From the NCBI GenBank assembly GCA_021324455.1, contig JAJPJA010000017.1, positions 27,273-91,272 of the forward strand: a DNA stretch of 64,000 nt, read 5' to 3'. Shown here piece by piece: positions 56,152 through 64,000 of the stretch. The notes under the pieces were generated by a model, which was not told the DNA's origin, did no database searches, and was given only the letters and a program-made list of their open reading frames with translations. The DNA comes from Pseudomonadota bacterium. GTDB lineage: Bacteria > Desulfobacterota > Binatia > Binatales > Binataceae. A program made the position numbers and the translations under genes. Position 1 is the first letter of the stretch. Each line of letters starts with the position of its first letter.

Positions 56152-56190
56152 CCTCTCCTCCGAGTGCGGACAGGGAGAGGATCAGGGTGA
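56152..56190 (+). repeat. REP-like palindromic element
   Basis: CCTCTCC...GGAGAGG hairpin followed by ATCAGGGTGA; only one clear copy in the window. Confidence 0.35.
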
Positions 56191-56195
56191 CCGTG

Positions 56196-57317
56196 ATGGA
56201 CTTCGGACTTACCGACGAGCAAGAGCAACTGAAATCAGGCGCGCGAGACTTTCTGGCCAACGAATGCTCCAGCGCGGTGGTGCGCAAGGTGATGGCGGAG
56301 GAGAGCGGCCTGGCGCCCGAGCTGTACAAAAAGATCGCCGAACTGGGCTGGACCGGTATGATCATTCCCGAGGAATTCGGCGGGTTGGGGCTCGGGATGC
56401 TCGATCTCGCCGTTTTGCTCGAGGAATGCGGCTACGCGGCGATGCCGGGACCGTTTGCGTTCTCGGCCGGAATCGCGGCCAGCGCCTTGAAGCTGGGCGG
56501 ATCGCCCCAGCAATGCCAGCGATGGCTCCCCGGCCTCGCCGCCGGCAGCGTGACCGGCACCGTCGCGATGGTCGAAGAGAGCGACAGCCTTGACCCCGCC
56601 GATATAACGCTGAGCGCCGCGCGCGACGGCAGCGGCTTTGTCCTCAACGGGGTCAAACTGTTCGTGCCCTACGCTCACGCCGCGGACTTCATGGTGGTTG
56701 CGGCGCGCATCAATCCCGGTCCCGACGGGCTCGATTTCTTCCTCGTGGAAGGCGGCGCCAGCGGTGTGACCTCCCGCATCATGCGCAACGTGGACCAGAC
56801 CCGCCGCATCTGCGAGGTCAAATTTGACGGCGTCAAGCTGGCGCAGGACGCCCGCCTCCCCAACCGCGCCGAGCTGCTCGACCGCCTGATCGACGCCGGC
56901 GCGGTGATAATGGCGGCCGACTGCCTGGGCGGGTCGGAACGGGCGCTGGAGATGGCGGTGGAATACTCCAAGGTGCGCGAGCAGTTCGGACGCCCGATCG
57001 GATCGTTCCAGGCCCTGCAGCATCTGGCGGCCGAGCTGATCGCCGCAATCGAGCCGGCCCGTTCCCTGTTGTGGTACGCCGCCTATGCTCAGGATGCCGG
57101 TCTGGAAGACGCCTCGCGCGCGGCTTCGATGGCCAAGGCGCGGCTTTCAGCCGTTTACAGCCGCACGGCGGATCAATCGGTGCTGATGCATGGCGGAATC
57201 GGGTTCACTTGGGAGCATGACATCCATCTGTGGTTCAAGCGGGCGCGCTTCGACGATCCTTTTTTCGGCGACCCGGTGTTCCATCGCGAACGCGTCGCGG
57301 TGCTGAGCGGCTACTGA
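56196..57317 (+). CDS. Acyl-CoA dehydrogenase (partner subunit of a probable heteromeric ACAD)
   Basis: REQFGRPIGSFQALQH, HGGIGFTWEHD; lacks the GTSEIQ segment. Confidence 0.92.
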   Translation: MDFGLTDEQEQLKSGARDFLANECSSAVVRKVMAEESGLAPELYKKIAELGWTGMIIPEEFGGLGLGMLDLAVLLEECGYAAMPGPFAFSAGIAASALKLGGSPQQCQRWLPGLAAGSVTGTVAMVEESDSLDPADITLSAARDGSGFVLNGVKLFVPYAHAADFMVVAARINPGPDGLDFFLVEGGASGVTSRIMRNVDQTRRICEVKFDGVKLAQDARLPNRAELLDRLIDAGAVIMAADCLGGSERALEMAVEYSKVREQFGRPIGSFQALQHLAAELIAAIEPARSLLWYAAYAQDAGLEDASRAASMAKARLSAVYSRTADQSVLMHGGIGFTWEHDIHLWFKRARFDDPFFGDPVFHRERVAVLSGY

Positions 57318-57404
57318 GAGGATTGCGCGGGGTCTCGACTGAACGATCGTTCCGGTGTAATCAGGCAGTTCAGCTACCGTAATTTTCACCCGAGGTGAAC
57401 CGCC

Positions 57405-58577
57405 ATGAGCGACAACGGCGAGAGGCTTTACCGGACCAGATATAAGGGGGTCATCGACGCCGACGGACACGTGCTCGAAGATGCCACCCTGTGGGAGCGT
57501 TATTGCGAGGAGAAGTACCGGCCCTGCGCGGTGCGGCTGGGCGTTGACGATCGGGGCTACGAACGCCTGGAAGTAAACGGCAAGCCGTCGAAGTTCATCC
57601 ATCACGGCGTGCTCGGTATCCTCGGGGCGATGGGGATGCTGTCGCGCGAGAACTGGAAATGGGACTTCCACCGCAAATGGGGCGAGGTCGCCGCCTGGGG
57701 TGCGGTCAACGCCAAAGAACGCGTCAAGCGGCTGGAAGCGGAGAACCTGGCCGGCGCGATCATCTACCCGACCATCGGTCTGGGATGGGAATGCGAATGC
57801 CTGGACGCGGAGGTGGCGCAGGCGATGTGCCGCGCGTACAACCGATGGATCGTCGATTGGTGCTCGGAGAGCGGCGGCAAGCTGATCCCGGTCGCGCATC
57901 TGTCGCTGATGGACCCCGAAGCTTCGGCGCGCGAGATGGAACGCGCGGTCAAGGACGGATGCAAAGGGGCGTGGGTGGGCTCATTCTGCCATTCGCGCAA
58001 GCCCCATGGGCATCCCGACCACGACCCGCTGTTCGCCAAGGCGCAGGAACTCGACATCCCGCTGGGAATACATCCCACGGTATCGCCGTTGTGGGCGCAT
58101 TCGGGACTGTACGACCGTCAATACACGGGGCATCAGCGCTTTTTCGATAACGTGGTGGGCACCGACGCGGCGCGCCAGGTGCTGACCAGCCTCATCCAAT
58201 ACAGCACGTTCGACAAATTCCCCAATCTTAAGATCGTGATTCTGGAATCGGGTGCGGGATGGGTCAGCTATCTGCTCGATCGCTGGGACGACGTGTGGAA
58301 GAGCCATTTCGGCCATACCATGGCGGTCAAACTTAAACCCAGCGAGTATTTCCGGCGCAACATCTATATCTCGGCCGACCCCGATGAGCATGCGCTGCCC
58401 GCGATGATCCAGTTGTGCGGCGAGGACCGCTTTTTCTGGGCCTCGGATTTTCCGCATCCCGACCATATCGGCGACTATCTCGAAGAGCTGGACGAGATTG
58501 CGGCCCGGCTCAAACCGCCGGCGCGCAAAAAACTGCTGGGCGAGAATGTCAGACAGGCTTATCACCTCAACCTATGA
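57405..58577 (+). CDS. Amidohydrolase_2 family protein
   Basis: IDADGHVLE, RAYNRW, GIHP, WASDFPHPD. Confidence 0.92.
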   Translation: MSDNGERLYRTRYKGVIDADGHVLEDATLWERYCEEKYRPCAVRLGVDDRGYERLEVNGKPSKFIHHGVLGILGAMGMLSRENWKWDFHRKWGEVAAWGAVNAKERVKRLEAENLAGAIIYPTIGLGWECECLDAEVAQAMCRAYNRWIVDWCSESGGKLIPVAHLSLMDPEASAREMERAVKDGCKGAWVGSFCHSRKPHGHPDHDPLFAKAQELDIPLGIHPTVSPLWAHSGLYDRQYTGHQRFFDNVVGTDAARQVLTSLIQYSTFDKFPNLKIVILESGAGWVSYLLDRWDDVWKSHFGHTMAVKLKPSEYFRRNIYISADPDEHALPAMIQLCGEDRFFWASDFPHPDHIGDYLEELDEIAARLKPPARKKLLGENVRQAYHLNL

Positions 58578-58606
58578 GCGCATCCCCCGGCGTCCGGGGA
58601 GGTCGG

Positions 58607-59728
58607 ATGATTAACATCGATAAGTTCATCTCCGCCGACGGGCATCTGGCCGAGCCGCCGGATTTGTGGCTCACGCGGATGGACCGGCGGTTTCGCGACC
58701 GCGCCCCGCGGTTCGCGCCGGTCAACGGCAAGATGGCGTTTGTGGTCGACGGCCGCCCGGTTATCGGCGCGATGAAGGACTTGCTCCGCGCCATCTTCGA
58801 CAAGCACAAAGAACGGCTCGATTTGGGCCCGGGCGGGCGGCATGAGAAAGTGCGTCCCGGCGCGCTCGACCCGCACATGAGGCTGCTCGACCAGGACATG
58901 GATTCAATCGCGGCGGAAGTGGTCTATCCCAACATGGGGCTGCATCTGTTCGGTCCGGTCGACGCCGAATTGCAGCGCGCGGCGATGCGCGCGTACAACC
59001 GCTATTGCGCCGAGTTCTGCGCCGCCGAACCCAAACGGCTGCTCGGCGCCGGAATGCTGTGTCTGCGCGGTCCCATCCAATGGGCGATCGAGGACGCCTG
59101 GGAATGCGCCCGCATGGGACTGCATTCGGCGCTGATCACGGCCGGCATAATGAAGCGCTCCTACTTCGGGTCCGAATACCATCCGCTGTGGGACGCGCTG
59201 GAAGATTTGGGGCTGAAGGTGGCGCTGCATGTCGGCGCGCGTGAGGACGGCTTGCCGCTTGACCGCCGCGAGTTCGGACTGGGCGATTTCTGGATCATCA
59301 ATCAGAAGATTGTCGTGATGGAGCATGCGCTGACAGTGCTGATCGCGGCTGGAATTCCACAGCGCCATCCGCGCATCAAGTTCGTTCTCGCCGAAGCCGG
59401 TATCGGATGGATTGCGGCCACGCTGCGCTTGATGGACCATTTCTGGGAAGACAACCGCAAATGGATTGAGCCGCGGCTGCCTGAACCGCCGTCGTTCTAC
59501 TTCAAGCGCAACTTCTGGGCGACGTTCGAAGACGATCGCGCCGGCGTCCTGACGCGCCATCTGATGGGTGTTGACCGCTTGATGTGGGGGTCGGACTATC
59601 CGCATTCCGAGGGCACGTTTCCGTATTCGCGCCGCCAGATCGAGCATGACTTCGCCGGCATCCCGGAAGATGAAACCCGGATGCTGGTAAGGGGCAACGC
59701 CGCGGCGCTCTACGGAATCGAAATCTGA
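58607..59728 (+). CDS. Amidohydrolase_2 family protein
   Basis: SADGHLAEP, RAYN, ALHVG, MWGSDYPHSE; GGAGG SD. Confidence 0.92.
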   Translation: MINIDKFISADGHLAEPPDLWLTRMDRRFRDRAPRFAPVNGKMAFVVDGRPVIGAMKDLLRAIFDKHKERLDLGPGGRHEKVRPGALDPHMRLLDQDMDSIAAEVVYPNMGLHLFGPVDAELQRAAMRAYNRYCAEFCAAEPKRLLGAGMLCLRGPIQWAIEDAWECARMGLHSALITAGIMKRSYFGSEYHPLWDALEDLGLKVALHVGAREDGLPLDRREFGLGDFWIINQKIVVMEHALTVLIAAGIPQRHPRIKFVLAEAGIGWIAATLRLMDHFWEDNRKWIEPRLPEPPSFYFKRNFWATFEDDRAGVLTRHLMGVDRLMWGSDYPHSEGTFPYSRRQIEHDFAGIPEDETRMLVRGNAAALYGIEI

Positions 59729-59736
59729 AGACTCGC

Positions 59737-60378
59737 TTATCGGTGCAGCATCTCCTGGATGTGCGCGGCGCGGACCTGCGCCAGGCTTGCCATACAGGCG
59801 CGGTAGATGTTGTTGCCTGCGCCGTTGGTGGCGGCGATGCTGCGCCATTGGCATTCCGCCTGGCGATATAACACGAACGCCGACTGCGCGGCCTCGAAGC
59901 TTCGCAGCGCTCCAATTTTGGCGCTGCCGACCTTGTCCAGCGCGCGCATCTCGTCCATCATGCGGCCGGCCGCCCCCGCCATCGCCTGTTTGGCCCGCGA
60001 GTCTTCCTCCTGCAGGCATTGATCGAGCCGGTCAGCCGCCGGCGACTCCTTGCGGCAGCGTTCGAGCAACTTTTCGATCAAGTCTCCGGTCCGGTCTTCG
60101 ACGGGCGCGATCACCCGCGGCGCCTGGTCGGTGAGGTCCTCCAAATGCGGTCTGAACCACATGTAGCTCAGCAGACGCCATCCGGTCAGGACGAAAACCG
60201 CGAGCAGAATAACGTCGTCAACCATCAGGACGACTTTCTTTGCGTGTCCGTTGGGAATCAGATAAGCGATGAGCCGGCCGGTCACTCCGAACAGGAATAT
60301 CGCCGCAATCACGGCGGTTGCGTGATGCACCAGAAGCCGGATCGCATCGAAATGGATCCAGTCGTTGAGTTCGCCCAC
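59737..60378 (-). CDS. Two-TM protein with C-terminal LprI/DUF1311-like domain
   Basis: C..C..AQSAFVLYRQAEC..C..LAQVRA pattern. Confidence 0.65.
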   Translation of the reverse strand: MGELNDWIHFDAIRLLVHHATAVIAAIFLFGVTGRLIAYLIPNGHAKKVVLMVDDVILLAVFVLTGWRLLSYMWFRPHLEDLTDQAPRVIAPVEDRTGDLIEKLLERCRKESPAADRLDQCLQEEDSRAKQAMAGAAGRMMDEMRALDKVGSAKIGALRSFEAAQSAFVLYRQAECQWRSIAATNGAGNNIYRACMASLAQVRAAHIQEMLHR

Positions 60379-60506
60379 TATCCTTCTCCCCGTACCCGCT
60401 CGCGCAATGTGGGGGCGCCAGCCATGCGCGCATCGCTATCCGACGCGGGATTGTAATGGCTCGCGCGCTCCGCTCCAATGCCCCGGCCGAAGCGGCGGAT
60501 GGCAAT

Positions 60507-61541
60507 CTATTGCGGATCGGTTGCGGGCAGTGCCGGAAGCTTGATCGCGCCGCTGACGATACCCTGTTCGGCCAGTTCGACGCGCCGTTTTGCGGCGTCC
60601 GGAATCCGGTCCGCCAGTTGAGGATTGAACACCACCTTCACCATCCCGTCCTTCATACCGAACGTCAGCATTCCGGGCCGGAAGGTGCCGGCTTTGACCT
60701 CAGCGGCGATTTTCAGATAGGCGTCGGGAACGTCGACCACAGCGCTGGCGAGCGTGGCGCGCGTGGCCACCACGTTCTGATTGCGGTAGGCGCCGAAGAC
60801 GTACACCTTGCGCTCCTGGGCCGCCTGCAGCACCCCCAGACCGGCGGCGTCGGCGTTATGGATCAGGAAATCCGCGCCGCGGCTGATCTGGGCCAAAGCC
60901 GCTTCTTTGGCCGCCCCGACGTCTTCGAAACTGCCGGTGTACGCGATCAGCACGCGGCCCGCGGGCCGCGCCGCGCTGAACCCCATCCGGAAGCCTTCGA
61001 AGGTCAATTTGATGGCGGGCAGTTCGATTCCGCCCACCGCCCCCGCGATGCCGGTTTTGGACATGACGCCGGCCAGAACCCCCTCGGTGTAAGTCGCTTC
61101 TTCCAGCGCGAAGGAGACCGAGGCGACGTTGGCCGAAGATCGATTTCCGGAGCTGACGACGATGATTGTATGGGGAAAGTCGCGGCCGGCCTGGATCGCG
61201 GCGTCGGTGTATTCGAAGCCATTGGCAAAGATCAGGTTGAAGCCGCGTGAACCGAAATCGCGCAACGCATCTTCGAAATCGGCCGGCGACGCCGTTTGTA
61301 CCATCGCGGTCTGCGCGTTCAGCCGCGATTTGATCAGTTGCAGACCTTCGAATGCCGACGCGTTCCAACCCGCGTCACTCACCGGCCCGGGCGTGAGCAG
61401 CGCGACGCGAAATGCTCCAGAAGCGGTGCGCGCCGGTTTAGGCGCGCATCCCGCCAATAAGATGGCGGCTAGCGCTACAATATGGTGAAAGCCGCCCGCG
61501 ACCCGCAGCCGCGGGCCGGGGTGGCGGCGCGCACGGGCCAA
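60507..61541 (-). CDS. BMP family ABC-type substrate-binding lipoprotein
   Basis: LAGC lipobox, GPVSDAGWN, GFEY, GSFED, GAD, AGLGVLQAA. Confidence 0.9.
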   Translation of the reverse strand: MARARRHPGPRLRVAGGFHHIVALAAILLAGCAPKPARTASGAFRVALLTPGPVSDAGWNASAFEGLQLIKSRLNAQTAMVQTASPADFEDALRDFGSRGFNLIFANGFEYTDAAIQAGRDFPHTIIVVSSGNRSSANVASVSFALEEATYTEGVLAGVMSKTGIAGAVGGIELPAIKLTFEGFRMGFSAARPAGRVLIAYTGSFEDVGAAKEAALAQISRGADFLIHNADAAGLGVLQAAQERKVYVFGAYRNQNVVATRATLASAVVDVPDAYLKIAAEVKAGTFRPGMLTFGMKDGMVKVVFNPQLADRIPDAAKRRVELAEQGIVSGAIKLPALPATDPQ

Positions 61542-61631
61542 AGTTCGACTGAAGGCGGGCTTTTGGATGAATCCGCGGATGCTCAGTTGCTCGGCTTTCC
61601 CGTAATCGCGGGCGCACCACCGGAGCAGCGG

Positions 61632-62252
61632 TCACGCCCTCATCAGCATTTCTTCATCCGCGGCCAGCGTGGCGTAGACTTCGCGGTCGATCGCGCGATA
61701 GCGCTCCAGCGCCTGTTCGGCGCGCTCCGGTTTGCCCTGCTGACGGGCAACCTCGCGCATCTGCCGCTCGATCCAGGACAGATGCCAGCTCTCGTCCTCG
61801 GTCACCGCTTTGAGCACCTGCAGGGTCTCAGGGTCAACGTTGGGCAGCTGCGCGTGCTGCATGTAGCGCGAGCGCGCCCGCTCTTCGACCACCACCGTGA
61901 GCGCGAGCAGATCGATCAGGTCCTTGGGTACTCCGGTGCGCAGGCCCAGGCGGCGCTGATAGCCGTCATCCATCATATAGGGTGCGGCTCCGAGGTCGGC
62001 GATACGTTTGGTCCACAGCCATGCATGGCGGGTTTCGTCGGCCAGATGGCGCGACATTTTGAGTTGGGCTTCGGCGTCTTTCAGATGATGCAGGAGGTTG
62101 AACAGCAAGCGGGCGCCGCGCAGTTCAGCGTCGCGATAAAAGCTGAAGATCATGACCTGCTTGTCGGTCGCCGACATCTGGCTTATATCGATATTGTCTT
62201 GTGGCATTTCAGGCATCTCTCGAATCCTCCCCATCCCATTCCCGCGATCCAT
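61632..62252 (-). CDS. Ferritin-like di-iron carboxylate protein (start may be 62216)
   Basis: E..., DETRH, EERA..Y, DESWH paired ExxH motifs. Confidence 0.82.
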   Translation of the reverse strand: MDRGNGMGRIREMPEMPQDNIDISQMSATDKQVMIFSFYRDAELRGARLLFNLLHHLKDAEAQLKMSRHLADETRHAWLWTKRIADLGAAPYMMDDGYQRRLGLRTGVPKDLIDLLALTVVVEERARSRYMQHAQLPNVDPETLQVLKAVTEDESWHLSWIERQMREVARQQGKPERAEQALERYRAIDREVYATLAADEEMLMRA

Positions 62253-62455
62253 CTGACCCAGATTACAGCAACGGGAGCTGCCCCGCGATATCCGGGTAGG
62301 CTTCCGCCGCAGGAGGGAATCCCAGCAATCCCGCCTTTAGTTATGCGATTCAAAAAGGTGGGTCAAGGACGAAACGGCGGAGGTCGGACGCCTGGTTAAT
62401 TGATAACCAACAGTCTGCAAGGTAAAACAACTGATCCAGAGGGGGAAAAAAGGGG

Positions 62456-63592
62456 ATGACCGCTGGTTCGGACGCCTGCTGGATTGCGCTGACGCGCGTG
62501 CGCGGGGTCGGCGCCCGCGTGGCGCATCTGTTGTTGGACAAGTTCGGCGACGCGCCGAGCATTTTTGCACAACGCGAAGAGGATCTGGTCGCGGCCGGAG
62601 TTTATCGGCCAACTGCGAAAAATATCGTCCAGTTCGCAAATTTCGAAGAGCTGGAAAAGGAATTATGCGAACTCGCCCGCATCGGCGGTACGCTGGTGCG
62701 CTGGACCGACGAGAATTACCCCGCCAACCTGCGCCATATTCCAGATCCGCCGCCCTGCTTTTACGTCCGCGGCGCGCTGCCCGCCGGCGAGAATGGATGC
62801 GTGGCGATTGTCGGCGCGCGCGCCGCCAGCGAAGCGGGGCTGCGGATGGCGCAGCGGCTCGCGATGGAACTGGCGCTGAAACGGATCACCGTGGTCAGCG
62901 GTCTGGCGCGCGGTATCGACGCCCAGGCGCATCGCGGCGCTTTGGAAGGAAATGGCCGGACGATTGCCGTGATGGGCTGCGGCATTGATATAATCTATCC
63001 GTCTGAGCATCGTAAACTGGCGGAAACGATGCTCGCGCAGGGCGGCGCCATTGTCGGCGAATTGCCGCTGGGCGCGGCACCGGTTGCGGAAAATTTCCCC
63101 GTCCGCAATCGATTGATTTCGGGCCTCTGCCTCGGCGTGGTGGTGGTTGAGGCGGCTGAAAAGAGCGGTTCGTTAATTACGGCACGGATGGCGCTGGAGC
63201 AGGACCGGCAGGTGTTCGCGGTCCCCGGTAGTCCACTTACCGGCAAGACCCGCGGCAGCAATCGATTGATCAAGGAAGGGGCCAAATTGGTTGATTGTGT
63301 GGAAGATGTGCTTGAGGAGCTCGCTCCGCAGTTGCTCAACGCGTCGCAGCGTCCCGCCGCGGCGCCCGCATCGAAGGTTGCACGCGAACCGGTACTGAAG
63401 AGGGACGGCAGGGAGGACCAATTCCAGTCCGTGATCAGGCATCTCAGCCCATCGGAACGGGTCCATATCGATTCGATTGTGGAAAGTTCGGGCTTGAATG
63501 CGCAGACTGTGCTCGGCGTCTTACTGGAATTGGAGTTGGCAGGCACCGTGACGCAACATCCGGGCAAGCTTTTTTCTCTGGCACAAATCTAG
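62456..63592 (+). CDS. dprA: DNA-processing protein DprA/Smf
   Basis: VAIVGAR, VVSGLARGID, FPVRNRLISG, SGSLITA, C-terminal winged helix. Confidence 0.97.
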   Translation: MTAGSDACWIALTRVRGVGARVAHLLLDKFGDAPSIFAQREEDLVAAGVYRPTAKNIVQFANFEELEKELCELARIGGTLVRWTDENYPANLRHIPDPPPCFYVRGALPAGENGCVAIVGARAASEAGLRMAQRLAMELALKRITVVSGLARGIDAQAHRGALEGNGRTIAVMGCGIDIIYPSEHRKLAETMLAQGGAIVGELPLGAAPVAENFPVRNRLISGLCLGVVVVEAAEKSGSLITARMALEQDRQVFAVPGSPLTGKTRGSNRLIKEGAKLVDCVEDVLEELAPQLLNASQRPAAAPASKVAREPVLKRDGREDQFQSVIRHLSPSERVHIDSIVESSGLNAQTVLGVLLELELAGTVTQHPGKLFSLAQI

Positions 63593-63672
63593 CTCCGTAG
63601 CCAGGTTCAGCTATGGAGGTGGCCAGTGCCGCCGCCCGATAGACGACGGACGACAGCAGGATTGCAAGAGAA

Positions 63673-64000
63673 GTGGCAAAAAATCTTTTAATCGTCGAAT
63701 CACCGGCTAAGGCGAAAACCATCAAGCGTTATCTGGGAGCGGGCTTCCAGGTCGCCCCCTCGGTGGGTCACGTGATGGACCTGCCCAAAAGCAAGCTCGG
63801 GGTGGATTTGGAGCATGATTTCCTGCCCGAATACGAGATCATCAAGGGCAAGAACAAGGTTATAGACGCAATCAAAAAGGCCGCCAAACAAAGCGAAAAC
63901 GTCTATCTCGCCACCGACCCCGACCGCGAAGGCGAGGCCATTGCCTGGCATATTGCCGAGCAGATTGGCGCCAAACGACCCAACCTTCATCGTGTGCTGT
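63673..64000 (+). CDS. topA: DNA topoisomerase I, 5' part
   Basis: Not in the ORF track. GTG at 63673: AKNLLIVESPAKAKTI...SVGHVMDLP...YLATDPDREGEAIAWH. Confidence 0.97.
   Translation, partial: MAKNLLIVESPAKAKTIKRYLGAGFQVAPSVGHVMDLPKSKLGVDLEHDFLPEYEIIKGKNKVIDAIKKAAKQSENVYLATDPDREGEAIAWHIAEQIGAKRPNLHRVL

Noticed and set aside
62253-62455. Possible riboswitch or sRNA between the ferritin-like gene and dprA
   Set aside because: No recognisable aptamer consensus; explained as a divergent promoter region.
62456-64000. dprA-topA adjacency
   Set aside because: Widely conserved gene order; not novel.

Overview
GC-rich diderm bacterial chromosome segment, mostly housekeeping and catabolic genes. The gene content (rpsF-rpsR-DUF2232-rplI, sigma54 two-component system, many acyl-CoA dehydrogenase and amidohydrolase_2 paralogs) suggests a Deltaproteobacteria-like lineage such as Ca. 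Binatia; this is inference only. In order: a partial GST/SspA-like gene; the rpsF-priB-like-rpsR-DUF2232-rplI operon with an S6:S18-type leader; ACAD, lactonase and MaoC genes; ferritin-like and DUF1328 genes; accD-folC-lptD-gmd; an orphan IrrE/ImmA-like metallopeptidase; an EPS-like island (deacetylase, OM barrel, SGNH protein, PilZ-less GT2 synthase); a BAL/HACL-like ThDP enzyme; an operon of TPR protein, ExbB, two ExbD and a protein with a TonB-like TM and a VWA domain; hypF-hypA-hypB-DUF1275; a sigma54 TCS divergent from a CzcCBA-type efflux operon; alkA; a PAP2 plus OM-barrel pair; a ferredoxin-Zn-ribbon fusion; an ACAD pair and amidohydrolases; dprA and partial topA. The best novel-system candidate is the ExbB/ExbD motor apparently coupled to a VWA (MIDAS) protein instead of TonB/TolA (30.3-35.7 kb). 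I recognised no rRNA, tRNA, CRISPR array, transposase or integrase. All family calls come from motif recognition by eye, not database searches.
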